Part shown: positions 18,497 through 28,400 of the stretch, one piece after another
Position numbering within the stretch: the first letter of the stretch is position 1
How the letters are laid out: the number at the start of each line of letters is the position of its first letter
IMG/VR virus record: IMGVR_UViG_3300034407_001956
Location: 1 to 64,000 of that record
From: a virus
Direction: 5' to 3' (one strand)
Length of the DNA: 64,000 nucleotides
Notes under the pieces: generated by a model
What the model was told of the DNA's origin: nothing
The model's database searches: none
Seen by the model: the letters and a program-made list of their open reading frames with translations, nothing else
Made by a program: the position numbers and the translations under genes

Positions 18497-19909
18497 ATGC
18501 AAGATAAAAAAAAGATATTACTTCTTTCAGACGATATGAGAATGTCATCTGGAGTTGGTACAATGTCTCGTGAATTTGTATTAGGAACATTAGAACACTA
18601 CCAATGGGTACAAATTGGTGGGGCGATTAAACATCCTGATGAAGGTAAAATCATTGATATGAATGAGTCTGTCAGAAAAGAAACAGGTATTGAAGATGCT
18701 TATCTTAAAATATATCCTGTGAGTGGTTATGGGAATGGTAGCCTATTGAAAGAAGTTTTGAAGATGGAGACAAAAGATGGTGTCGGTGTTGATGCTATTC
18801 TTCATTATACAGACCCTAGGTTTTGGGGTTGGTTGTATCAGATGGAACACGAAATAAGACAAAACATTCCTATATTCTATTATAATATTTGGGATGATTT
18901 ACCTTATCCAAGATGGAATGAACCATTCTATGAGTCTTGTGATTTGATTATGAATATATCTAAACAGACAGTTAATATTGTAGATAAAGTTTGTGAGAAA
19001 AAACCAAGAACAGATTGGGATAATACCTATGTACCACATGGAATTAATCATAAAAACTTTTATCCTGTAACTGAATTGAATACTAAAGAATGGGGTGATT
19101 TTTTAAATTTGAAACGTAATGTTACTAATAATAAAGAATACGATTTCGTAGTATTTTGGAACAACAGAAACATCAGAAGAAAATTACCTGGTGATGTTGT
19201 GATGTCTTATAAATTATTTTGTGATACACTAACAAAAGAACAATCAGAAAAATGTGCTTTGATAATGCACACTCAACCTCGTGATGAGAATGGTACAGAT
19301 TTACCTGCATTAGTTAAAGAACTTTGTCCAGATTATGATGTTATATTCTCACACAAAAAGTTAAGTGATAAAGAGTTATGTTATATGTACAACTTAGCTG
19401 ATGTTACAATCAATATGGCGTCTAACGAAGGTTTTGGTTTAGGAACTTGTGAGTCTCTGATGTGTGGAACGCCAATATCAGTTAATGTTACAGGTGGATT
19501 ACAAGACCAAGTTGGTTTTAAGTACAAAGATAAACTCTTAACCTATAAAGATTATAGTTGGATTGAGTCGTTGCATGATGATAAGAAGTGGAAAGACAAT
19601 GAAGATTTAACTTGGGGTGAATGGTGTAAGCCGGTTTGGCCATCCAATAGAAGCTTGCAGGGTTCAATACCTACACCATACATCTATGATGACAGGCCTC
19701 GTGCAGAAGATTTTGCTGATGCTTTGAAAGAGTGGTATGATATGGGTAAGGAAAAAAGAGATGAGTGTGGTAAGTTAGGTCATGAATTTGTTATGGGTGA
19801 GGATGCTATGATGACAGCTGAAGCTATGTCTAATTTGTTTATAGACCATATGGATACTGCATTTGATAAATGGACACCACGTAAACGTTACACAATTTTT
19901 GAAGGATAG
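18497..19909 (+). CDS. Glycosyltransferase, GT-B (GT4-like)
   Basis: SGVGT, VPHGI, NRNIRRK, YNLADV, SNEGFGLGTCESL. Confidence 0.85.
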   Translation: MQDKKKILLLSDDMRMSSGVGTMSREFVLGTLEHYQWVQIGGAIKHPDEGKIIDMNESVRKETGIEDAYLKIYPVSGYGNGSLLKEVLKMETKDGVGVDAILHYTDPRFWGWLYQMEHEIRQNIPIFYYNIWDDLPYPRWNEPFYESCDLIMNISKQTVNIVDKVCEKKPRTDWDNTYVPHGINHKNFYPVTELNTKEWGDFLNLKRNVTNNKEYDFVVFWNNRNIRRKLPGDVVMSYKLFCDTLTKEQSEKCALIMHTQPRDENGTDLPALVKELCPDYDVIFSHKKLSDKELCYMYNLADVTINMASNEGFGLGTCESLMCGTPISVNVTGGLQDQVGFKYKDKLLTYKDYSWIESLHDDKKWKDNEDLTWGEWCKPVWPSNRSLQGSIPTPYIYDDRPRAEDFADALKEWYDMGKEKRDECGKLGHEFVMGEDAMMTAEAMSNLFIDHMDTAFDKWTPRKRYTIFEG

Positions 19910-19917
19910 GAGTTAGA

Positions 19918-21261
19918 ATGAAACCATTAATGTTAATTACAGCGCCGGTTGCCACTAGAAGTGGATATGGTTCTCATAGTAGAGATTTAGTTAGAGGTCT
20001 CATATCTATGGATAAATTTGATATACACATCAACTCAATGAGGTGGGGTAATTGCCCAATGAACGCATTGAATGATAAGAATCCAAATGATAAAGTGATA
20101 TTAGATAGAGTTATACAACAGCAAAATCTACCAAGACAACCCGAAGTTCATATACAGATAAGTGTACCTAATGAATTTACACCAATAGCTAAATATAATA
20201 TAGGTATAACTGCTGGTATAGAAACCACAGCACCAAAGCCTGAATGGATTCAAGGTATGAATAAAATGGATTTGAATATTGTTCCATCTAAGTTTACAAA
20301 AGAAGTATTTGAAAAGACTACATATGAACAGATGGATGAAAAAACAAATCAGAAGATAGGTGAAGTCAAAGTTCTTAAACCAATCGAAGTTCTTTTTGAG
20401 GGTATTGATACAAATATTTATAAAAAGACAAATGAAATATCGGATGAATTAAATGAAGAGATGAATAAGATTCCTGAAAAGTTTGCATTTCTTTATACTG
20501 GTCATTGGTTGCAAGGTGGTTTAGGAGAAGATAGAAAAGATACTGGTATGTTAGTTAAGACTTTCTTAGAAAGTTTTAAAAATCATAAAAAACCACCAGC
20601 TCTTATTATGAAAACAAGTGGTGCTACCTTTTCAATCATAGATAGAAATGATATATTAGAAAAGATAGGAGAGATTAAGAAAACTGTAAAGGGTGATTTA
20701 CCAAAAATATATGTTTTGCATGGAGACTTAACTGATAAAGAAATGAATGAAATGTATAACCACCCAAAAGTAAAAGCGCATGTTAGTTTTACGCATGGTG
20801 AGGGTTTTGGTCGTCCTTTATTAGAAGCCAGCGTATCAGAAAAACCTGTTATTGCTCCTAATTGGAGTGGTCACGTAGACTTCTTAAATAAACAAAATGC
20901 TGTATTACTGCCAGGATCTTTAACAAAAGTTCCAGCAGCATCTTTACCACAAGAGATGCATGTAGAACAGGCGCAGTGGTTTACAATAAACTACCAATAC
21001 GCTTCTCAGATGTTAAAGAGTATATTTAAATCTAAAAAGAACTTTACTTTTAAAGCTAAGAAGCTTGCTATGTACAATAGAGTATCTTTTTCTTTAGATA
21101 ATATGAATAAGAAGTTTGAAACTATGTTAGATAATTATCTACCCGAGTTTCAGGAACAAGCACAGGCGGTTAATTTAAAACTACCTAAATTAAAAAAGGT
21201 GGGAGATGATAAACCAGCAGAACCAACTAAAATGAAATTACCTAAATTGAAAAGGGTTTAA
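19918..21261 (+). CDS. Glycosyltransferase, GT-B (GT4-like)
   Basis: SGYG, GIET, IVPS, RKD, HGEGFGRPLLEA, PVIAPNWSG. Confidence 0.85.
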   Translation: MKPLMLITAPVATRSGYGSHSRDLVRGLISMDKFDIHINSMRWGNCPMNALNDKNPNDKVILDRVIQQQNLPRQPEVHIQISVPNEFTPIAKYNIGITAGIETTAPKPEWIQGMNKMDLNIVPSKFTKEVFEKTTYEQMDEKTNQKIGEVKVLKPIEVLFEGIDTNIYKKTNEISDELNEEMNKIPEKFAFLYTGHWLQGGLGEDRKDTGMLVKTFLESFKNHKKPPALIMKTSGATFSIIDRNDILEKIGEIKKTVKGDLPKIYVLHGDLTDKEMNEMYNHPKVKAHVSFTHGEGFGRPLLEASVSEKPVIAPNWSGHVDFLNKQNAVLLPGSLTKVPAASLPQEMHVEQAQWFTINYQYASQMLKSIFKSKKNFTFKAKKLAMYNRVSFSLDNMNKKFETMLDNYLPEFQEQAQAVNLKLPKLKKVGDDKPAEPTKMKLPKLKRV

Positions 21262-21262
21262 T

Positions 21263-21730
21263 ATGGAACAACCAAAAGAAGTAAAAACAGATTGTCCTTT
21301 ATGTGCAGATATGCATGACAATTGTTTTGTAGAAACGACAGAGATAGATGGTAGTAAATTTGAATCATACATATGCTTTGCATGTGGTATGACAACCAAT
21401 TCGTATTTAGCTTTCGATAGTGATAAGTTAGAAGAGTATACAAAAAGCCACACTAAACTTATGAATGATTTGAAAATATTCGATAAGAAAAGAGACTTGG
21501 TTTGGTTTCCATCCGTAATCAATATGGGTGAAAAGGGTATAATTTATCCAGAGGGAGAAATTAACAATTGGTTTTGGTATTACGCTAAAGTTATAGATGT
21601 GCCTGAAGAAGAAAGAGAACAATATGAAGGTCACGCAAAAAGATTGGATATACAAAATCCTCAAAAATTTGGTCAGTTTGAGTTTATGGATGCTTGTATA
21701 GCGATGGGGATTATAAAAGACAATGGCTAA
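21263..21730 (+). CDS. Hypothetical protein with Cys pairs
   Basis: CPLC, CFACG. Confidence 0.6.
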   Translation: MEQPKEVKTDCPLCADMHDNCFVETTEIDGSKFESYICFACGMTTNSYLAFDSDKLEEYTKSHTKLMNDLKIFDKKRDLVWFPSVINMGEKGIIYPEGEINNWFWYYAKVIDVPEEEREQYEGHAKRLDIQNPQKFGQFEFMDACIAMGIIKDNG

Positions 21731-22133
21731 ATTACCATACACTTGGTCTAAGGTTAGTAGAGGTGATATTGTTTCATTTATATATGTAAGTAAAGAAGGT
21801 AGGAGACTACGCAGAACTATACTTGTATTAGAACCAAAACTAAAAGGTTTAGTTCACGGAATACAATTGGAAGTATCCAATGTACCAACCAACGCAGAGA
21901 TTAAAAAGATATTAGAATCCGCTGGTGATACAGAAATTGTAGATGCTGATAAGAAAATCTATAAAGTTAATTTGGCTGGCAATTCTAAAAAAGTTTATTC
22001 CAAATTAAAGACATTGATAAAAAGACACGGGATTTATAGAACCTACACTTATGATAAAGCCAAAAAAAGTCAAGTATTTTTAGAGGATTTGAAACTACCA
22101 TCTCAGTTTATAAGGGAATTAAATGAAAATTAG
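21723..22133 (+). CDS. Hypothetical basic protein
   Basis: 136 aa; YRTY motif. Confidence 0.55.
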   Translation: MAKLPYTWSKVSRGDIVSFIYVSKEGRRLRRTILVLEPKLKGLVHGIQLEVSNVPTNAEIKKILESAGDTEIVDADKKIYKVNLAGNSKKVYSKLKTLIKRHGIYRTYTYDKAKKSQVFLEDLKLPSQFIRELNEN

Positions 22134-22785
22134 TTATGGTATTACAGTTCATAATGAGTCAGATGAATTAAATAGGTTATTAGAAGTATTAGTACATAAT
22201 ATTACAGATGAAGATGAGATAGTAATTTGTATTGATGGTAATGATGAAAAGGTAAATGAAGTTGTAACAAGTTGGATACAGCAATATGGACATATTAGAG
22301 ATTTTATAACTTATAATAGAAAACTTAATGGTAATTTTTCAGACCAAAAAAATTCAGTTATAGAAAAGTCAAGTGGTGATTATATCTTTCATATTGATGC
22401 TGATGAATATCCAAATAAGGTATTACTACAACAATTAAAACAAATATTAGAAATGAATGATGGTGTTGATTTGATTTGGATTCCACGAGTAAATACAATT
22501 GATGGTATGAAAGAAGAACACATACAAAGATGGGGTTGGAAAGTTAGCGAAAAAGGTTGGGTAAACTATCCTGATTATCAAGCTCGTGTGTTTCGTAATG
22601 ATGAAAAGATTAGATGGACACGACCACTACACGAATTTATAGATGGGTGTAAAACATATTCACATTTGCCACCACACGAAGAATTGAGTTTATATCATCC
22701 AAAAACTATTCAAAGGCAAGAAGAACAGAATATTTGGTACAACAAAAACTTTAGCAAAGAAATGAATGTAAGGAGTGGAATTTGA
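22123..22785 (+). CDS. Glycosyltransferase GT2
   Basis: ISYGITVHNE, FSDQKN, IFHIDADE, YPDYQARVF. Confidence 0.85.
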   Translation: MKISYGITVHNESDELNRLLEVLVHNITDEDEIVICIDGNDEKVNEVVTSWIQQYGHIRDFITYNRKLNGNFSDQKNSVIEKSSGDYIFHIDADEYPNKVLLQQLKQILEMNDGVDLIWIPRVNTIDGMKEEHIQRWGWKVSEKGWVNYPDYQARVFRNDEKIRWTRPLHEFIDGCKTYSHLPPHEELSLYHPKTIQRQEEQNIWYNKNFSKEMNVRSGI

Positions 22786-24239
22786 TGGAAGAAATAAAAC
22801 CTATATTCTTTAGAATGGTGGATGATAAATTATATCACGCCGGCGAAGTTGATACATTAGGTTTTGAAGAAGCTGAAGGTTATAGAATACCAGATGATTA
22901 TTTACAAAAAGGTGAGTTTACAATTATGAGAACTTGTCATGGAATAGGTGATTGGGGAATACTATCTGCGATGCCTCGTTTATTGAAAGAGAAGTATCCA
23001 AATTGTAAGGTATTCATACCATCTGTAAAATTATTAGAAAAGATTTGTGGAGATATTGGAGATGAATGGGGAAGTTGGAAAAACCCATTAGAAAATGCAA
23101 TCAACGTATTTAAAAATAATCCATATGTAGATGATTTTGTAGATAGTGTAGCTGGTGAAATATTTCACGATCACTATAGGGTTTATAATAAAGATAATCC
23201 GAATATTCCATTATTAGAACAAATGTTAAAGTTTTGGCAGTTTGAAGAAAGTGAATACATAGACTCAGCACCAGAACTATATTTTAGTGATGAAGAAAAA
23301 AAGATGGGTGAAGAAATCATCACCCAACATAGCGATGGGGAGTTTGGTTGTTTACTTCTATCAGATAGATATGATTATACTATGGATAGATTAATGTTAG
23401 ATGTTATAGATTCAAAATTAAAACATTTCTATTGGACAGAGAGACCAATCGAACATACATCATTTGGTTTTTTAGATAGAGCGTTGGATATGAGACATAT
23501 GCCAGTTAGGATGCAACTTTATATTAGGTCTAAAGCTAAGTATAATGTCGGAAATCAATGTGGAACTACACAACTGGTAGTTAGAAGTTCTGATGTGTAC
23601 ACTGTACAAAGACAATTTCCTATAGGTGGCAATTATGTTAATGATGAAATATATCTAACAGATGATAAGATAAGGAATCTATTGAAGGGATTGCCTGATA
23701 AGACAGAATCAAAAACCACTACGAGCTTAAAATTCAAAGCTGATTTCATAAACTTCTTTGATAAAGAAGAATACAAAGATATGAAAGTATTAGAGGTTGG
23801 TTCTTCATTAGGGCATAGTACAGGAATGTTGAGTTACTTATTTAAAAAGGTTATAGCCCTTGACAATCTTTATGAAAGACACGAAGAATCAAAGAAATTA
23901 AATAGTAATTGTGATAATGTTGATTATATTGTAATAGATGTGTACACTCAAACTTGGAACTTTGAACCAGTTGATGTTGTATTTATAGATTGTGTTCACG
24001 ATTATACTCACGTAAAAAGTGATATAGACAATTCTCTGAATAGTTTTGGCAAAGGAACTATAATTGCTTTTGATGACTATGGTTTATTTCCTGAAGTGAA
24101 ACGAGCTATAGATGAGTATATTGATAGAGGACAATTAAAAGTTTTAAAAAAGATAGGCCAGTTAAAGGGTACATACTTCCCAACAACACAATTTAAAGTA
24201 TTAAAAGATTATGAGGGTATAATATGTCAAAGCGTGTAA
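22785..24239 (+). CDS. GT9-like glycosyltransferase fused to class I SAM methyltransferase
   Basis: N-terminal GIGD..ILSAMPRLLKEKYP, NNPYVD; C-terminal VLEVGSSLG, VFIDCVHDY, AFDDY. Confidence 0.7.
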   Translation: MEEIKPIFFRMVDDKLYHAGEVDTLGFEEAEGYRIPDDYLQKGEFTIMRTCHGIGDWGILSAMPRLLKEKYPNCKVFIPSVKLLEKICGDIGDEWGSWKNPLENAINVFKNNPYVDDFVDSVAGEIFHDHYRVYNKDNPNIPLLEQMLKFWQFEESEYIDSAPELYFSDEEKKMGEEIITQHSDGEFGCLLLSDRYDYTMDRLMLDVIDSKLKHFYWTERPIEHTSFGFLDRALDMRHMPVRMQLYIRSKAKYNVGNQCGTTQLVVRSSDVYTVQRQFPIGGNYVNDEIYLTDDKIRNLLKGLPDKTESKTTTSLKFKADFINFFDKEEYKDMKVLEVGSSLGHSTGMLSYLFKKVIALDNLYERHEESKKLNSNCDNVDYIVIDVYTQTWNFEPVDVVFIDCVHDYTHVKSDIDNSLNSFGKGTIIAFDDYGLFPEVKRAIDEYIDRGQLKVLKKIGQLKGTYFPTTQFKVLKDYEGIICQSV

Positions 24240-24910
24240 TTTACACTTCTATATTTGGTGGATATGATAAGGTTACAGAACAGAGTTCTGATGGTTGGGA
24301 TTGGAAATGCTTTAGTGAAGAAAATAGTACACCATTGTATGAAGATAATAATAGAAATGCTAAAAAGTTTAAGGTATTACCACACAGATATTTACAGGAC
24401 TATGAGTATAGTATTTTTATAGATGGTAATATGGATGTAAGAGGAAACTTGGATGAGTTGGTTGATAAGTATTTAAGTGACAAAAATGTTGCTTTTTTCA
24501 GTCACAATAATAATAAATTAGATGCAAGGATTTGTCCTTTCAAAGAAGCACAGACTATAATTGACTTAGGTAATAAGAATATGAAACTTACACCCGAAAG
24601 GGGCATGTTGAATTACAAAGATGATCCTTACCTAATTCAAAAACAGATGACTAAGTATGCTATGTTAGGATTTCCAAGAAAAAACGGATTAATTACTGGT
24701 ATGGTTATTCTAAGGAGACACAACGAAAAGGATTGTATAAAAACTATGGAAGATTGGTGGACAGAAATTAAGTATGGTAGTAAGAGAGACCAACTTAGTT
24801 TTAATTATTGTGCTTGGAAGAACAAATTAAAATTTAATTATATGGATGGTGATTCGAGAGACAATGAATATTTTTACAGAAGTACAACTGCACATATAGG
24901 AAAGAAATGA
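24224..24910 (+). CDS. DUF616-like glycosyltransferase
   Basis: VIYTSIFGGYD, KVLPH, SIFIDGN, RDQLSFNY. Confidence 0.75.
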   Translation: MSKRVIYTSIFGGYDKVTEQSSDGWDWKCFSEENSTPLYEDNNRNAKKFKVLPHRYLQDYEYSIFIDGNMDVRGNLDELVDKYLSDKNVAFFSHNNNKLDARICPFKEAQTIIDLGNKNMKLTPERGMLNYKDDPYLIQKQMTKYAMLGFPRKNGLITGMVILRRHNEKDCIKTMEDWWTEIKYGSKRDQLSFNYCAWKNKLKFNYMDGDSRDNEYFYRSTTAHIGKK

Positions 24911-25713
24911 AGAATATAATTTTTATACCTTATATCAAAAGAGAAAAAGATTTAACTGGTGAATCAAGCATAGGACACTCAAACAGACATCAAGGTTATG
25001 AATGGGGAATAAAGTCTTGGAAAGCTTGGGCTAAAAAGAATGGTCACGAAGTATATGTTATGTCAGACTTACTTTGTCCTGAATCTGAAATGTTAATAAC
25101 TTGGCAGAGATGGCAGGTTCTAAATATATTAGAACACAACGAAATAGAATACGACCAAGTATTAGTTGTCGATGCTGATTCAGTAGTTCATCCTGATTGT
25201 CCTAACTTTTTTGAGATGACAGATGGTAAATTTACAAGTGTTTTAACTGATGGGGATTTTGAGTGGATGAACAGAGCTATAAATGGTTACTCTAAAATGT
25301 TTTGGAACAAAGAGTTTTGTATACCATCTTTTGAGTTCTTTCAAACTGGCTTTGTTATTATCAATAAAACACATCAAGACTTTTTTAATAAAGTATTTGA
25401 TTTTTATGAAAAGAACAAACAAAAGATTATTGATTCATATGATATATTATTGACTGGTAGTGATATAACATTGATGAATTGTATGAGAAAAGAATTTGGT
25501 TTAGAACTAAATTTATTACCAAGACAATTTGGTATGATGGATATGATTAGAAAGCAGTTATTTTATTATCACGAAAGTTGTTATTGGGAAGATAGCTTAA
25601 CAAATCTTTATAATTCAGCTTGGGTTTATCAGTATAATGCCATACCACCAAGTGAAATGGGAAGAGACAGAACTTATTGGATGAAACGTACATATGAGGA
25701 GTTATACAAATGA
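24907..25713 (+). CDS. GT-A glycosyltransferase (GT8/GT34-like)
   Basis: YDQVLVVDAD..VHPDCPNFF, FFQTGF. Confidence 0.7.
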   Translation: MKNIIFIPYIKREKDLTGESSIGHSNRHQGYEWGIKSWKAWAKKNGHEVYVMSDLLCPESEMLITWQRWQVLNILEHNEIEYDQVLVVDADSVVHPDCPNFFEMTDGKFTSVLTDGDFEWMNRAINGYSKMFWNKEFCIPSFEFFQTGFVIINKTHQDFFNKVFDFYEKNKQKIIDSYDILLTGSDITLMNCMRKEFGLELNLLPRQFGMMDMIRKQLFYYHESCYWEDSLTNLYNSAWVYQYNAIPPSEMGRDRTYWMKRTYEELYK

Positions 25714-26513
25714 GATTATTAGTAACTGGTACAGAGGGTTTTATTGGAAAGAATGTTTATCAAAAACTTATGAAAATTGATGATGTCACTAAAGTAACTT
25801 GTTTAGAAAAAGATTATATGAATCACATTGGGTGGGAAACTACATTAGCAAAATGTGTTGATGAGTGTGATGCTATATTACACATAGGTGCTATATCAGA
25901 TACTATGTTGAAAGACCCAAATGAAATGTTAAAGTACAATTATCTATTTAGTAAAGAACTATTTGATTTGGCATTGATATATGAAAAGAAAGTAGTATAC
26001 TCTTCTTCAGCTGCAAATACAGGTGAAAATGGAACACCATCTAATATCTATGGTTGGTCTAAATATTTAGCTGAAGAGTATGGTTCTTGTAGAGTCAAAG
26101 ATTTTTATGCTCTGAGATATTTCAATGTTTACGGGCCTGGTGAAGAACACAAAGGTAAGATGGCTTCTGTTGCTTATCAAGCTCATTCAGCTGGTAGGTT
26201 TATGTTATTTCCAAAAAAACCTCTGAGAGATTTTGTTTATATAGATGATGTTGTTGATGCTACATTATATCCATTGTTCAATGATGTACAAAATGGTGTT
26301 TATGAAGTTGGTAGTGGAGAAGCCCGTTCTTTTGAGGATGTTTTAGAGCTGATGGAAATACCATATGAATATAAAGGTGAGTATGAAATACCAAAAGGCT
26401 ATCAGTTCTACACAAAGTCATCTGAAATCAAATTTATGAGTGGGTGGAAACCAAAGTACAATTTGGAAAAGGGGATAAAAAAATACAAAGAATATCTCAA
26501 TGAAAGCATGTAG
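25710..26513 (+). CDS. hldD: ADP-L-glycero-D-manno-heptose 6-epimerase-like SDR
   Basis: TGTEGFIG, HIGAISDT, YSSSAA, YGWSK, LRYFNVYGPGEEHKGKMASV, RDFVYIDDV. Confidence 0.8.
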   Translation: MRLLVTGTEGFIGKNVYQKLMKIDDVTKVTCLEKDYMNHIGWETTLAKCVDECDAILHIGAISDTMLKDPNEMLKYNYLFSKELFDLALIYEKKVVYSSSAANTGENGTPSNIYGWSKYLAEEYGSCRVKDFYALRYFNVYGPGEEHKGKMASVAYQAHSAGRFMLFPKKPLRDFVYIDDVVDATLYPLFNDVQNGVYEVGSGEARSFEDVLELMEIPYEYKGEYEIPKGYQFYTKSSEIKFMSGWKPKYNLEKGIKKYKEYLNESM

Positions 26514-27642
26514 ACATTTCAAAGGAGACAGGCCTTGTAAATACTATTGGATAGATAGGTCTTGGAATTGTTTTGAATGTGAACACCATAATCCATATAA
26601 TGAAAGAATACTATTAATAAAATTAGATGCTTTGGGTGATGTAGTTAGAGCAACTGCTCTAGCGGAAGGAATCAAAAAGAAGTATCCTAATTGCCAGTTG
26701 AGTTGGTTGACTGTGAAAGATGCTGTATATTTTGTAGAGTCAAATCCATTCGTAGATAGAACATTAGAATACAATACAGAAAATGTAAGACGATTACAAT
26801 TTGAAAAATTCGATACTATTATAAATTTAGACAAAGACCCAAAGGCTACATCAATGATGATGTCTTTTAATTCAGAAGATAAAAGAGGTTATGGATTGAG
26901 TTCTGAAGGGCATGTTGTACCCTTAAACGATGGTAGTAAATACCACTATAACATTTGTTTGGATAATTATGGTGGGAAAACTAAGAATCAAAAAAGCTAT
27001 CAACAATTAATATTTGAAGTAGCTGATTTAGATTATGATAATGAGAAACCATTTTTTGAGTTGGATTCAGAAAGGTTTAAAAGCTTTAAGGAATCATTTC
27101 TATACAGCGATGATAATCTACAGCCTTTGTATATTAAAGATTTGATAATATTAAACACTGGTTGTGGACCTGTATACCCACATAAGAAATGGACTTATGA
27201 TGGATACAATAAACTCATAAAACGTTTATCAAAAGATAGTGAGTGTGTCGTTCTACTCTGTGGTTCAAAGTCTGAAGTTGAATTAAATAAAAAATTATAT
27301 GACGAAAATAAATCGGACAGTTTGATAAACCTAACAGATAATTATTCAATAGAAGAGTTTAGTTATTTGATTAAAATGGCAAATGTTATAGTCACAGGCG
27401 ATACAGTTGCTTTACATATCGCTATCTCATTAGGTACAAAAATAGTTAGTTTCTTTGGTCCGACACCACATCAGGAAGTTAATCTTTTTGGGTTGGGTAT
27501 AAAACTATTTAGAGAGGAGTTAGATTGTTTGAATTGTTACGATCAGTTTCCGTGTCCATATGATGGTAAGTGTATGAGTTTAATATCAGATAAAGATGTG
27601 TATAAATCTATAAGAAGAATTTTATTAGGGGGAACATATTGA
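26500..27642 (+). CDS. Heptosyltransferase-like GT9
   Basis: IKLDALGDVVR, KKW, VTGDTVALHIA, FFGPT, C-terminal Cys cluster. Confidence 0.85.
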   Translation: MKACRHFKGDRPCKYYWIDRSWNCFECEHHNPYNERILLIKLDALGDVVRATALAEGIKKKYPNCQLSWLTVKDAVYFVESNPFVDRTLEYNTENVRRLQFEKFDTIINLDKDPKATSMMMSFNSEDKRGYGLSSEGHVVPLNDGSKYHYNICLDNYGGKTKNQKSYQQLIFEVADLDYDNEKPFFELDSERFKSFKESFLYSDDNLQPLYIKDLIILNTGCGPVYPHKKWTYDGYNKLIKRLSKDSECVVLLCGSKSEVELNKKLYDENKSDSLINLTDNYSIEEFSYLIKMANVIVTGDTVALHIAISLGTKIVSFFGPTPHQEVNLFGLGIKLFREELDCLNCYDQFPCPYDGKCMSLISDKDVYKSIRRILLGGTY

Positions 27643-28400
27643 GTTTAGATATAATTTTCGCAGAGTTTGGTGATAGAGATAAAGCTAATCAAAAGTGGGA
27701 AAATCCAATCGGTAGATTAGATCCAACATATGAGGGAGTTAAGGAGTATTTTCCTGAAGCTAATATAATTTGTTATTCGGATGACAAATCAATAGGTGAT
27801 AATTACGATGTGGAACTTAGGTATGTAGATCCTGAATCAACGCCCTTTGATAAGAATTATAAAGAGGGTAGCGGTAAATTAAAGTGGGGCTATCATTGTT
27901 GTGACTACTATCAGATAAAAGGTTTATTAGAGTCTACAGCAGATGTTGCTATAGCTATGGATTCAGATTTGATGTTTGTATCTGATGAAGTCAGAACTTT
28001 AGTTCCTATCATAAAAAGATTTGGAATTTGTTGTCCACAAAATGAGAGACAAATGGTTAAGGTTGATGGTTTACATACTCGTGGGAATGATGGAGATTAT
28101 CGTATAGGAGAAGATGAGAGTGGCGGAAATACATTGACATATGATTTGTGGTGGACTGGATTTCGTACAGATGATAATAGAGGTCGGGCTTATTTAAGTG
28201 AGTTTCTTAAACTTATGAAATCTAATCCAAAGAGGGGGCCTTTACAATTGAGTAGAGCAGCTTGGAATACAGGAGTATATCCGTATCCGATGCCAAAACA
28301 ATTTGGAGTTGGTGTTGGACACATAGGTTGTGGAAATGAAATAATATTACACGTTGGTCACGATGCTGTACAAGACCACTATTTAGAAAGGAGAATATAA
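27639..28400 (+). CDS. Putative GT-A glycosyl/phosphotransferase
   Basis: AIAMDSD DxD motif, terminal ILHV; cluster context. Confidence 0.5.
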   Translation: MSLDIIFAEFGDRDKANQKWENPIGRLDPTYEGVKEYFPEANIICYSDDKSIGDNYDVELRYVDPESTPFDKNYKEGSGKLKWGYHCCDYYQIKGLLESTADVAIAMDSDLMFVSDEVRTLVPIIKRFGICCPQNERQMVKVDGLHTRGNDGDYRIGEDESGGNTLTYDLWWTGFRTDDNRGRAYLSEFLKLMKSNPKRGPLQLSRAAWNTGVYPYPMPKQFGVGVGHIGCGNEIILHVGHDAVQDHYLERRI

